Assembly: GCA_000165345.1 (NCBI GenBank)
Contig: CM000430.1
Coordinates: 896,001-960,000 of the forward strand
Length of the DNA: 64,000 nucleotides
Direction of reading: 5' to 3'
In this document: one piece after another, positions 40,407-50,761 of the stretch
Layout of the letters: every line of letters begins with the position of its first letter
How positions within the stretch are numbered: position 1 is the stretch's first letter
The notes under the pieces: model-generated
What the model saw: the letters and a program-made list of their open reading frames with translations, nothing else
The model's database searches: none
What the model was told of the DNA's origin: nothing
Translations under genes and position numbers: made by a program

Positions 40407-43400
40407 TCATTTATTGTTTAGTTTCCAATTACCTTGTGATTCCCAATCTTGGGATTGTTGTAATGGAGTTGACCAAAGCAAAAGTCTCTCTTCTAAGTCA
40501 ATATTGTCTTGAATGTCGTCTTGTAGCATGTCTAGAATCTCATCATCATTTTCAAAGTCGAAATTGTTCATATCACATCCTGTTAATTCAGGAATGTCTT
40601 GACTAGTGTAAGATATGTGATTATTATCATCTGGCTTGGATTGTTGGCCAAATGAATCCCATTCTGACAAAGCCTCTAAAATGCAACTATTTTCAATCTC
40701 ATTCAGTTGTTTTTCACTGAAGTTCAAAATGTTTAAGTTCTCATCCTTTTCAAGATCTGGAATAGTATGAATGGTTTGAAAAATCAAATTTGGAGAAATA
40801 TTTGAAAATCCTAAAGATCTATTATAAAAAGGAATTTTCTTAGAATTTTGCATGTCAATGAAAACTTTGTTAACAAAATGATTTACAAATTGCAATGTTT
40901 TGATTCCTCCAGAATATACTCTATTATTGATCATTTGTGTAAGAATTTTCTTTGGTATCGTTAAAAATTGATTGGGAGTTTTCACAGAAAGTGTTGATCT
41001 TAGTTCTAATGCTGACAAGAAAGATAAACCTTTCACTCCAGAAATTAGTTTTTTGACACTCTTCTCCAAATTTTGATCTTTTGTCAAAGTTCCAGAATAT
41101 TCTTCTAATAGTGTAATTGTTTGAAGTTGTCTAAGGTAACTTTGAAAAACAATCTGCATATTGGACCAATTCATATTCTGACAAAATGATATACATGAAA
41201 TACACATTGACAAAACTCCGGTATGGAGCTGTTGAAGATCTCTAACAGATATAAACTTGAACTTTGAAAGAATAACTTCCGTTGATAATCCATTCAAAAT
41301 TGATTTCATAATCTGTGATGCAAATAATCTTTGATGCCTTCTTAGAAACTCTGGCTCTTTAAGCTTTGGTGGGAGATTATCTTCGCATAGTTGAGAAGCC
41401 CAAGAAATCTGCTCTAAGTCAAAGCCAAGTCTAATCAATGAATGACGTTCTAAAATTGTCATTTCTTTAATATTATCATAAAGAACTTTCCAATCCAATC
41501 TAAAGAATGGTTGAGTACTAGTAGATGTGGGTTTGGATCCATTTGATATTTCATTTGGAGGAAAAGGAGTCACCAAGTAGGACATATAAGTCAAATCTCC
41601 TAAAAAAGTTGATTCCATATTTCTTCTAAGTTCATCATATAGCTCCAAACCTGTGGAAGGAGATAAACCTGAAGAAACAATAGCTTTTCCCAATTGAGTA
41701 CAGCAACAATTCAGTGTATAACCTCCAATTGAAATTGGGTTTGTTTTTTTCTCCCTATTCATTATCATCTTCTTTTCAAGTAAATAGCTTAAAGCTCTTT
41801 CTAATGCATCAATATTCTTAAGGTATTCGTGAGATAAGTCATTGTAAAGCTTAATTTGGTAAGACATTAAAGTAGATTCTGTCAACAAGTCCAAAATTGA
41901 GCCAGTATGTGATCCTTTATCTGGAATTTTTTCTTTATTATTCACGGATATATTCTGATCAAACTCAAATAGAACTGCAAGTATTTCTAAGATTAGCCTG
42001 GTAATTCCATTAGTATTAGTAAAGAAAGAACTCATCAAAGGTTTCATATCTGCAGTAATAAGCCCTAATGCATTTTCAACCTCCTCACTAACTTCCCTCC
42101 CTGGTTGCGATAGAGTCTCATTTACGAGAATGAAGCTCTCACCAAAAGCTCCTTTCTGGCCAGCTCTACCAGCTCTTCCTGACATTTGTTTGTAATCAAC
42201 ACACGTTAAAAAAGATTTTCCAATATTGATACCTCTGAAGATGACTCTTTTTGAAGGAAGATTGACTCCAGCTGCTAAAGTTGAAGTTGCTGTTAGTAAA
42301 GACAAGATACCATTTCTATACCCTTTCTCAACTATTCTTCTTTCAATATGAGATAAACCAGAATGGTGAAATCCTATCCCTTTGACTATGCAATCAATAA
42401 GAGTGTTATTGTTTTGAATAGATCTTTTTGAAAGAGAGGAGTTCTGCCTAATTTCTTCAGCTAACATATATCTCTGCCTCTCAACAGATCTTAAAGACTG
42501 CATAATCTGTTGCCTATTCGAACAATTTTCTATATCAATTCCTTCACAAAATTGTCTTTTTATGCAATTAGCAAAAAACAAAGCTGTAGACTCAACGGAG
42601 TACTTTGAAGGACAAAACACTAGTACACTTTCTCCTTTTTTCAAAGCCTCCCATCCTATTACCAACAACTCACTCATATCAACTATTGGGTATTTCCATC
42701 TACTAGAACCAATCTGATCAATATCAAAATCTGTCGAATTAAACTTAGAATTAACCTGATGAAAGTCCCAACTCATTACTTTGCTTAATGTATCTTGTAC
42801 GGAAGACCCTAATGTACTTTTGTTTTGATCCTTTCCTGGCTTAATATATGCCTTGCCTTTGATTACTATATGTTCCCTGAGTGGAACTGGACGAAAATTA
42901 CTCTGGTAAACTACTGCATCCAACCAAAGGCCAATATCTCTTAGATTTGGTAATGTTGCACTCATACCCACTATTTGTATTGTTCTTCCCTCGCCTTGTA
43001 ACTTACTCAATAGTCTCACTTTTGTTAGCATCACCTCGAGTATATATCCTCTTTGCTCATCCCCAAGTAAGTGTAATTCATCTACAATAATAATTCCCAA
43101 TCTCTTAAATAATATTCCATGCTGAATATAATAACTAATCAATGCATTTGCCTTTTCTATAGTTGCTACACCAATGTCAAATTCTTCAAAAAGCGGACTT
43201 TTACTTCCATAGTGAAATTCACTAATTCTAAGTCCACACACTTCTCCTCCAGCCTTATAGTAACTATCCCTTTTCTCTGATACCAAAGATACAAATGGGA
43301 AAACTACTAAAGCTGCTCTCCCACCTTCTAGAACTCTTTTATACATTAGCAACTCACTTACCAAAGTTTTGCCTCCACTTGTTGGAGCAGAATATACCAA

Positions 43401-43871
43401 ATTTCTGCCTTGTAGTACTCCAGGCTGGGTAATACACTCATACTGCCAATCATAAAGATTCCTTAGGCCTTTTTCTGAGTAATATTTTACTAATCTTTCA
43501 TCTATTCCTAAACTTTGCAAAGAATTACCTACCTGATTTTCAAAACTGTCTACTTTATTTTGAATAAACAAATTGTTATCGTCAAGCTCCATGTTGGCTT
43601 CGCCTGTCTCATTCAAGAGATCTGCCAGGATCTCTGCATCATCACTAACCAAGTTAGAATCAATCAATTCATCCTTCATAATTTCCTCCAAATTTTGAAT
43701 AATATTACTTATATCTTCTGCCCCACTCTCCTCATAATGGTCACTCATCCCAGCCAAATCCTCTATCATAGATTCATCTTCTTCCTGAATTTCGCTGAAT
43801 AACTGGCTATCATATAAATCTAAATCCAATAATTCTTTTATTTCATGAACTTCAATCAATTCTTGATTCAT
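40407..43871 (-). CDS. HELQ: HELQ/Hel308 (Mus308/PolQ-helicase family) superfamily-2 DNA helicase
   Basis: 1154 aa. [25 protein letters not shown] (Walker A), [25 protein letters not shown] (DExH), [18 protein letters not shown] and GRAGRAGQ. Collinear with the human POLQ/HELQ helicase domain ([26 protein letters not shown]...[24 protein letters not shown]...VGMSATLPN). No polymerase domain, so HELQ rather than POLQ. Confidence 0.85.
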   Translation of the reverse strand: [1154 protein letters not shown]

Positions 43872-44394
43872 ACTTGTTTCCAGAGTAAACTATAAAACTA
43901 GTTCTAACCATATAATAATCAACATTTTCTGTGGCTTTTCAGAATCCTAATAACTCAAATATACTTTTCCAGAGACTATTAATTTATATTATTATTTATT
44001 CATTAATCAAATTTAATACTAATTACACCGCTAAGAACTATAATACTAGTAGATAATATTTGAAAAATTATTTTCATAATAGAGAATTCTATAGTAATGT
44101 AGAACTTTTAATTTTATGCGATTTTCAAACAAATTTGGTTATTCAATCCTAAATTACCTCTAACTATATTATAACCTTGGCTATTTTCTAAAGCACACAA
44201 ACATAAATGAAGCCCCCACTGAAAACTTTCACTTAAAGGTAAAAATATTTGATACTCCTAATCTGAATCTAAATGTACTCTATATTGTATAGTAAGAAAG
44301 AGAAACGCACTAAACTTTTTTTTTTTTTGCTTTCCGCACCCCTTTCTCATATTTTCTCAGCCTGAACATAGCATATGCACATACCGCCAAATGT

Positions 44395-44409
44395 TTGGCG
44401 CCGTTGCGT
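44395..44409. promoter_or_regulatory. E2F-like TTTGGCGCCGTTGCG element in the divergent HELQ / TMEM184 spacer
   Basis: Located between the minus-strand ATG at 43871 and the plus-strand ATG at 44645. Confidence 0.45.
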
Positions 44410-44644
44410 GGTCAATCTCATTAAAATGCATAAGGGAAATAAAATATTAAAAAGTGAAAATATATTAAAAATTAATGGAAAGTGGCAAAATATCGTATCA
44501 GATAAATAAAGTAATTGAGTAAAACTCTCTTGGCCATCAAGGAGTACAAGCCAGTAATAAATATTCAGGAGACAGAGTAAACCAAGTTAAAAATTGGTAT
44601 GTTTCTATAATTAAATAGAAAGTGAGTCTTTGTAGAATAAAACA

Positions 44645-45967
44645 ATGAGATGGAAATGGGTTGTTTCTAGTGTGGCCACACTATTAACATTGATTATCTC
44701 TGTGGTTAACATTATGCACCAGTATTTGAATCTATGTAAGCCTAAATTGCAGTTGTGCATATGTAGAATTTTAACAATGATTCCAGTATATGCAATAATA
44801 TCATATATATCATATTTGTTCGTGGATTATGCTTCACCATTGAATATAGTAAGAGACTGCTATGAAGGATATGTAATGTTCTCATTTTTGCAACTTTTGA
44901 TTTTTTATATGGGAGGTGACCAAGTCATCTTGTCAGTATTAGAGAGTAACAAGATTAAGGCTGAAATATGGCCACATCATCATTTTAACCACTCTCTAAG
45001 TATGGTTGGGCTGGCCTCAACAGCTGGGAGTATTGAATCAAATGAGGAAGAAATTTCAGTAAATATTATGGATATTTGCCCGGATTATTTTTGCGAGAAG
45101 AAGGATAACTTAGATGAAGTTTCTATTGATAGCGGGTTCCAAGGAGATGAACTAGCAAACCATCGTCTAAAGATCGCAAGATTCTACTCTTTTATCAAGT
45201 TAGGAGTCCTTCAATTTGTGATTTTGAAGCCAATTTCAGCGCTTATTTCACTTTTTCTGGAATCTATAGGATTGTATGGATCTGGATCATTTTCATTCAA
45301 GAGAGGATATCTATACATTACAGTTTTAAATAGTATATCAGTTTCTCTTTCAGTATACTCTCTGTTCCTACTATATATCTCAATTTCAGAGCAACTAGCA
45401 CCAATCAGACCAGTACTTAAATTCTTTTGCATTAAACTTATAATTTTTATGAGTTTTTGGCAATCTATCATCCTCTCTGTTCTCAGCCACTTTGGGATTT
45501 ACCCAGATGAGCCAAACTATACCATTAAACTTCATAACTGGCTCCTTACAATAGAAATGACAGTATGCGCAATAATTTATGGTATTGCATTTACAATCAA
45601 GAAAGACTTCAAAAACTACGTTGAAAGCAGACAAGGGTACAGCCAAGACGATTATAACACAGATAACCTTCAAGATTGTGAAAAAACTTGTCACAAGGAT
45701 TTATTTTCTGGAAAAGATAGTGGTCCTATGCGCAATGCTAACTTTCCTCCTCAGGCTTCTACCGACAAACCAAACCTCACCCTTAAAATCTCACATTTGC
45801 CATCCTCTATTTCCAAAAATATTAAACTTTATATATACAGGTTCACCTGCATAGTAAACCCTAAGGATATTATCCAAGATATTATCAGTGCCTTTAGGTT
45901 TCTTAAACAAATTAATAAGTCTCCTAATCCCGAAATAAAACTTGGAAATTCTGGCGCCACATTTTGA
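44645..45967 (+). CDS. TMEM184/OST-alpha (DUF300) family transporter-like membrane protein
   Basis: 440 aa, 7 TM helices. N-terminal signature ...CRILTMIPVYAIISYISYLF...IVRDCYEGYVMFSFLQLLIFYMGGDQ matches the TMEM184 consensus (R.I.MVPIYA..SW.SL....RD.YEAF.IY.F..L...YLGGE). Confidence 0.8.
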   Translation: MRWKWVVSSVATLLTLIISVVNIMHQYLNLCKPKLQLCICRILTMIPVYAIISYISYLFVDYASPLNIVRDCYEGYVMFSFLQLLIFYMGGDQVILSVLESNKIKAEIWPHHHFNHSLSMVGLASTAGSIESNEEEISVNIMDICPDYFCEKKDNLDEVSIDSGFQGDELANHRLKIARFYSFIKLGVLQFVILKPISALISLFLESIGLYGSGSFSFKRGYLYITVLNSISVSLSVYSLFLLYISISEQLAPIRPVLKFFCIKLIIFMSFWQSIILSVLSHFGIYPDEPNYTIKLHNWLLTIEMTVCAIIYGIAFTIKKDFKNYVESRQGYSQDDYNTDNLQDCEKTCHKDLFSGKDSGPMRNANFPPQASTDKPNLTLKISHLPSSISKNIKLYIYRFTCIVNPKDIIQDIISAFRFLKQINKSPNPEIKLGNSGATF

Positions 45968-46147
45968 TTATTTAGTGCATGTATAAAGTATTAGCCCTAT
46001 TTTAACTTCTCTACAAAAGGTGGAGTATTTTTGAGGTTATAAATCTCTAACTTTTATTTTTAGTCACTGTTTCTCCTTGCCTTTGTAGTTTAAACTATGA
46101 CTTTTTTTCTCACACTATTAAATATACCAGACACTATAATGGAAATA

Positions 46148-46167
46148 TTTTCCCGCCCACATGCGCG
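46148..46167. promoter_or_regulatory. Canonical E2F site TTTTCCCGCCC followed by ATGCGCG
   Basis: Exact TTTCCCGCC consensus at 46149-46157, about 140 nt upstream of the candidate first exon at 46297. Confidence 0.45.
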
Positions 46168-46528
46168 TTGCAATATATTATTTTGCAAGCCCACACAGGG
46201 ATTAAAAAAAAAAGAGAAAATCGTTAAAATCTTCGAAACAAATTGTGAGGGAAGCAAGCGACTGAGTGATAAAATATATAGTCCGTTCTACACGAGATGA
46301 TTTCTGAGTCATTTTCTGAAATTTACAGGTAAGTGTTAGAATTAGTTCAAGATTTGTCCCAAAATATGTTATTATTTATATGATTCCAGAACTGTCCAGG
46401 AATGTTGTCCCGTTAAAAACTCCTTATTAGACCATTCAGATATCCTTGTTAATGCATCTGATATCAAGGTGAGTTTTACTGAGAAACTTTTTTAGTATAT
46501 AATTAATTTCCAATTTTTAACTGGGGAA

Positions 46529-47851
46529 ATGCAGAAAAGAAAGAAGAAATGGAAGCTGGCATTTTGTAACGCTCAAGAATGTGTGAATGCATTGGATTAT
46601 ATGCTTGAAAATAGTTTAGAGACTCTTCTAAATAAGCAAGAAAAACTTAGGGTTGTGGAAGGATTATCAGAAAGAGAAAAGGAGCTGAATATTAAACAAA
46701 ATGAGTTAAACTCAGCTCTAAATGAGGTAGAGGAAGGTTTGAGAAAAACCATCGAATTGACTTTACTTGAGATGAAAGAATTGTCGGAAGAATGCAGACA
46801 CCTTGAAAGAGAATTTACTAAAAAAGCCTCGAATATTCCAAATATCATTGAAAATTTGAATAAGAATGACACCAAATTTGATTCTGAATACCTAGGTAAG
46901 AAAGTTACAGTCGAAGATATACAAAAACTGCAGAATACAAGAAAACAATTACTAGAAGATCTTGAACAATTAAGAAAAGATGAAGAAACTCTCAATAAAG
47001 AGATACAAAACTTGGAGATTAAGTGGAATGCTTATAGAAAAAGAACTCAAAGACTTGAGACTGAAATATCACTTAAAAAAACTGAGACTAATCACCAGGC
47101 TATTCAGGTGGATGCTCATATTAATCGTCGTCTAAGTACTTGTAATAGTATTCGCTCTGATAAAGACAATGATCCAAATATAATGGAAGTAGACGTTATA
47201 CAAGAACAAATGGGAACAAGGAGGAAGAGAAGAGATAGTGTTGTAAAGTGGATTGGAAGACTCTCCATGAATAGTTCGTCTGAAGAGAAAACTAATCAAC
47301 TTTGTGATCATGAATTAGTTACAAATAATGTTAAGGAAGGTACCAAGATTGATAAATCAGATAATAATAACGATATAGAAGATAGAGACGAAGAAGTTCA
47401 AGGCGAGTTACAAGTGCTAAACTTACTAAGTCTAGTCAAGATTGAGCAACCTGAGTCTGACGAAACTTTGACCTCGAAGGCTGGACCTCCCAGCTCTACA
47501 TTAAAACTCAAAGTTGATCCTTCCCCCTTACTTTCCCAATTTTTGGACCCAAATTTTGTATATTGTTCTGATCTACAACCAATAAATGTGGATAAAGAAA
47601 ACTCGAGAAAATCTAATCAAGGACTCTTTTCTAAGGGAGCTTTGGATTTTTCATTAAAGGTCAGAAATCAATGTGATGGGAGTAAAAGCCTTGAAGAAAT
47701 TTCTCTATGTTCCCAAAATCAGGATGCACCAGAAAAATCACTTAATAATGAAGATATTGCGCTCTTTAACATTTTTGTTGGTGAACTTCAAAGAAATGAA
47801 AACATACCTGTATCATCTATTGGAAAGTTACTATGCAGTACACTTAAATAG
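46529..47851 (+). CDS. Hypothetical coiled-coil protein (KEN-box-containing). Minimal single-exon model; candidate 5' exons at 46297..46328 and 46390..46468
   Basis: 440-aa ORF starting at ATG 46529. Upstream, ATG(46297)...TTTACAG|GTAAGT, a 61-nt intron ending ...TTCCAG|, then exon 46390..46468 ending |GTGAGT, then a 66-nt intron ending AAATGCAG| at 46534. This joins in frame (32 + 79 nt = 37 codons) to codon 3 of the ORF, adding MISESFSEIYRTVQECCPVKNSLLDHSDILVNASDIK. Confidence 0.6.
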   Translation: MQKRKKKWKLAFCNAQECVNALDYMLENSLETLLNKQEKLRVVEGLSEREKELNIKQNELNSALNEVEEGLRKTIELTLLEMKELSEECRHLEREFTKKASNIPNIIENLNKNDTKFDSEYLGKKVTVEDIQKLQNTRKQLLEDLEQLRKDEETLNKEIQNLEIKWNAYRKRTQRLETEISLKKTETNHQAIQVDAHINRRLSTCNSIRSDKDNDPNIMEVDVIQEQMGTRRKRRDSVVKWIGRLSMNSSSEEKTNQLCDHELVTNNVKEGTKIDKSDNNNDIEDRDEEVQGELQVLNLLSLVKIEQPESDETLTSKAGPPSSTLKLKVDPSPLLSQFLDPNFVYCSDLQPINVDKENSRKSNQGLFSKGALDFSLKVRNQCDGSKSLEEISLCSQNQDAPEKSLNNEDIALFNIFVGELQRNENIPVSSIGKLLCSTLK

Positions 47852-47906
47852 AAACTTAATGAGCTAGTATTCTAAATTAATTAATCTATTTATCAATCAT
47901 ACATAA

Positions 47907-50717
47907 TTATATTGATTTGTTCTTTTTTTTTATCTTTTGAATCAAAGCTATTTTAGTCCAAGGAGACAATTTACCTACATAACTAATAAAGTCTTTCCTA
48001 TGGTACCCTACATTCTTGGAACTTCTGATTTCTTTTGAAAAAATAAAGGGAAACTTGAAATCCTGACTATTGTAAGATACTCTGATAGATTTAAATATAC
48101 TTTCAAGCACTGATTCATCAATATCAATACTTCCAAGCTCCTGTAAATCTGATAAATAATAAACCTTTTTAAAGAGATCTATTTCTTCATCGTAAATAAA
48201 CTTGGAAGTTTCTTTCCAAAAATTATTAGTACTTGAGATTTTATTTGAAGTATTCAATTCGCTGTTTAAATCAATTCTAGTAACTAATTTGTCCCAAAGT
48301 TGATTGGCTTCATCACTCATTTTACTTTTGCAACTAGAAAGAGATTGCTTCTCCTCCTTATCAGTATTGATTAAGTACCTAAGTCTCATAATGTTATTTT
48401 CCAATACATTTTCACGTGAATCTTGATTTAAATCTCCATTAATGATCATCTCACCCATTACCTCCTCAACAAACTGTTCAAGATCACTCATTTTAGTTCT
48501 TAATGCATATTTGTACAATTTGTTCATTCTACAGAATCTAAAATCCTCATTAAAAGTGTTTCTAGCTATAGATAGGAGTTCATGGTGTCTATGTATTCCA
48601 AAAACATAAGTATTTGTATCTTCTAATATGTATTCAATATGTGAACTATCTGTATAGTTTGGAGAGAGCTTGCGAACTAAATAGTTTTGCTCAGTATCTG
48701 AGCTCAAAGCCTTGTTTGTATATCTATAAGAGTAGTTCATTAGTGCTGGAATTCCATATCTTTTTATGCTTCCTGGCTTTATTAATATCAGTGTATGTCT
48801 TCTTCCTTTTGATTTTGCCTCGTTAATTATTCTAAGCCTTGTGTAAGTCTTAATTCTTCTTTTCTCAATCCCATTTTGTGTGGAAAGTCTTCTTCTTTCT
48901 TTCTTTAAATATCTTTTTGTGAAAATATCTCTTTGAGAACTTTCTCCTTTCATCCTTCTATATAGGTCATAAAGCCTACTACTCCAATATTTGTCCGAGT
49001 TATAAATCAATAAATTGTAATCATCTTTTTCTAAAGTACTTGGAAGAGAATTAGGAATAACTTTTGATATAGGATTTTCATCACTCTTTTTCTTAGCAAT
49101 AATCATTGGCTTTGCATTTCCCAACTGTTTTGGAAGTACTTTTTTCGAAAAATTTGATTTGGATAATATATCCGATTTTGTAGTCACTGCTTTTGGAAAA
49201 TTTTTGGAAAACGTTTTAGTCAGTTCTTTATTTTGATCCAAATCTTCAATATTTGGTATATCATTCATCTTCTTTGCAGGAGGGCTCTTTTTTATCTCTG
49301 ATGCTTTTGATATACTACTCTTTGCCTTTCCATCTAAATCTGATAGATCCTTACTTTGTGCTCCTGTCGAATCCTTTGAATTCATCTTCTTAATAACTTC
49401 TTTTATAGGGGTATCTTTTGTATTTATTTCCTTAGTAAGAGTATCTTTATTCAGCAAAATGCTACTTTTTTTTAAAATTGGTGATTTTCCCAATAAAGAT
49501 GTGCTACTTTTTTCAACAACTTTTAAAGGTATACCTCCTTTAACATTTAGCAATGTGTCTTTTTTTAGAGTATCAAGAGTCTTAGCTTTAAGAATTTGAT
49601 TTTCAGTTGATGAACTGTTATCCAAAGATTTTGGTCCGCATATTTTAGTGAAATTGCTTATTTTAGAAGAAGTCTTAACTATACCAGAAGACTTTGCTTG
49701 AATATCAGATTTTGATTTTAGCTCAAAATTATCTTTATTCTCGTTAGGTTTTGTTATATTTAGTGACTTTTTCTTTTTTATTATAGATTCGTTTAATTCT
49801 CGTCTAGCCTCAATTGGGGACCTAATACTACTATCAAATTTCATCATTTTGATTGGATTCTTTTTTTCAGTTAATATAATTTTACAGTTTTCTTTTACAA
49901 CAGACTCGGAAGGTTGAATAATACCAGTATCATACTTCGGATCAGCCTTAATTGAAAGATTTCCCTTTTTTTCAGATAATTTACCAATAAATTTGGAGTA
50001 ACTTGATTTTTTTATTAAATGCCTTACTACCTCACTGTTTTTCACTAAAACTTCCTTCTTCTCAACATCAATTGTTACTCCTTTCTTCAAGCTTCCTTTA
50101 TCAGTAATCAAATCAATATTGAGCTTTTTTATACCTTTATTACGAAGATTATCTATTATTTCCTTGATAAATCTTTCAGCATTCTTCATGTATTCAGCCC
50201 TCCTTTTATTACCTTCAGAAGCTATATGAAGTTTATCATCCCTTAATTTCTGGAGTTTAGCTTTGCTATTTTTTAAATTATCTCTTGCTTTAACTACTTC
50301 CTTCTTTAAAATTTCTCTTAGAGCTTTTTCCCCTCTGGTAATTAACTCAATCCTATTAATTTTGAGAATATCCTTTAAAAATTCTCCCTTTTGTTTGATA
50401 TGCAGGCTTTTTCTTATTGTTTTTTCATTTTTGATTTTAATTTCGCGGATATGAAGCTGTCTTGCTTCTTCAAGAAGCCTATTCCTTCTGTTTATTAAGT
50501 TCTTTGGGCTGTTTTGGCCCCTATATGCATTTCTTTTTGAGAAAAATAACGGGTTATGAGCAACTCTCCTAAGTCTTCTCTTTCTAACTTCAGGCTTTCT
50601 AGATTTCCAAGATTCATCAACATCTTTCAATTTGATGATAGAAGTTGGCATCATTGATTCAACCTTATTAGTAGCTTTTTCTTTCTCTTTTCTAATATTT
50701 CCGAGAAAAGAGCTCAT
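47907..50717 (-). CDS. Hypothetical Lys/Arg-rich basic protein (936 aa as annotated), probably the 3' part of a longer gene continuing through 51196
   Basis: Genuine ATG at 50717. In this frame the upstream sequence stays open for 20 more codons, into the G5 run at 50757-50761. There it differs by one nucleotide from the frame of the upstream basic ORF 50750..51196. Confidence 0.6.
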   Translation of the reverse strand: MSSFLGNIRKEKEKATNKVESMMPTSIIKLKDVDESWKSRKPEVRKRRLRRVAHNPLFFSKRNAYRGQNSPKNLINRRNRLLEEARQLHIREIKIKNEKTIRKSLHIKQKGEFLKDILKINRIELITRGEKALREILKKEVVKARDNLKNSKAKLQKLRDDKLHIASEGNKRRAEYMKNAERFIKEIIDNLRNKGIKKLNIDLITDKGSLKKGVTIDVEKKEVLVKNSEVVRHLIKKSSYSKFIGKLSEKKGNLSIKADPKYDTGIIQPSESVVKENCKIILTEKKNPIKMMKFDSSIRSPIEARRELNESIIKKKKSLNITKPNENKDNFELKSKSDIQAKSSGIVKTSSKISNFTKICGPKSLDNSSSTENQILKAKTLDTLKKDTLLNVKGGIPLKVVEKSSTSLLGKSPILKKSSILLNKDTLTKEINTKDTPIKEVIKKMNSKDSTGAQSKDLSDLDGKAKSSISKASEIKKSPPAKKMNDIPNIEDLDQNKELTKTFSKNFPKAVTTKSDILSKSNFSKKVLPKQLGNAKPMIIAKKKSDENPISKVIPNSLPSTLEKDDYNLLIYNSDKYWSSRLYDLYRRMKGESSQRDIFTKRYLKKERRRLSTQNGIEKRRIKTYTRLRIINEAKSKGRRHTLILIKPGSIKRYGIPALMNYSYRYTNKALSSDTEQNYLVRKLSPNYTDSSHIEYILEDTNTYVFGIHRHHELLSIARNTFNEDFRFCRMNKLYKYALRTKMSDLEQFVEEVMGEMIINGDLNQDSRENVLENNIMRLRYLINTDKEEKQSLSSCKSKMSDEANQLWDKLVTRIDLNSELNTSNKISSTNNFWKETSKFIYDEEIDLFKKVYYLSDLQELGSIDIDESVLESIFKSIRVSYNSQDFKFPFIFSKEIRSSKNVGYHRKDFISYVGKLSPWTKIALIQKIKKKNKSI

Positions 50718-50730
50718 AGAATTTTCATTT

Positions 50731-50761
50731 GGGGGAGTATGTCTAGATATTATACTCCCCC
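50731..50761. other. Perfect 10-bp inverted repeat (GGGGGAGTAT - 11 nt - ATACTCCCCC) spanning the junction of two same-strand ORFs
   Basis: Read directly. The stop codon of ORF 50750..51196 lies in the loop. The G5/C5 arms are the homopolymers where a 1-nt length change fuses the two ORFs. Confidence 0.8.

Noticed and set aside
8103-43871. Idea that the four DNA-repair genes form a co-transcribed 'system'
   Set aside because: They are on different strands, interleaved with unrelated genes, and each has its own spacer and promoter elements. Eukaryotic monocistronic genes. Retained only as a low-interest co-regulation hypothesis.
46097-46300. 67-aa ORF 46097..46300 upstream of the coiled-coil gene
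   Set aside because: It overlaps the E2F-site promoter region and its 3' end is the proposed first exon ATG region in another frame. No support as an independent gene.
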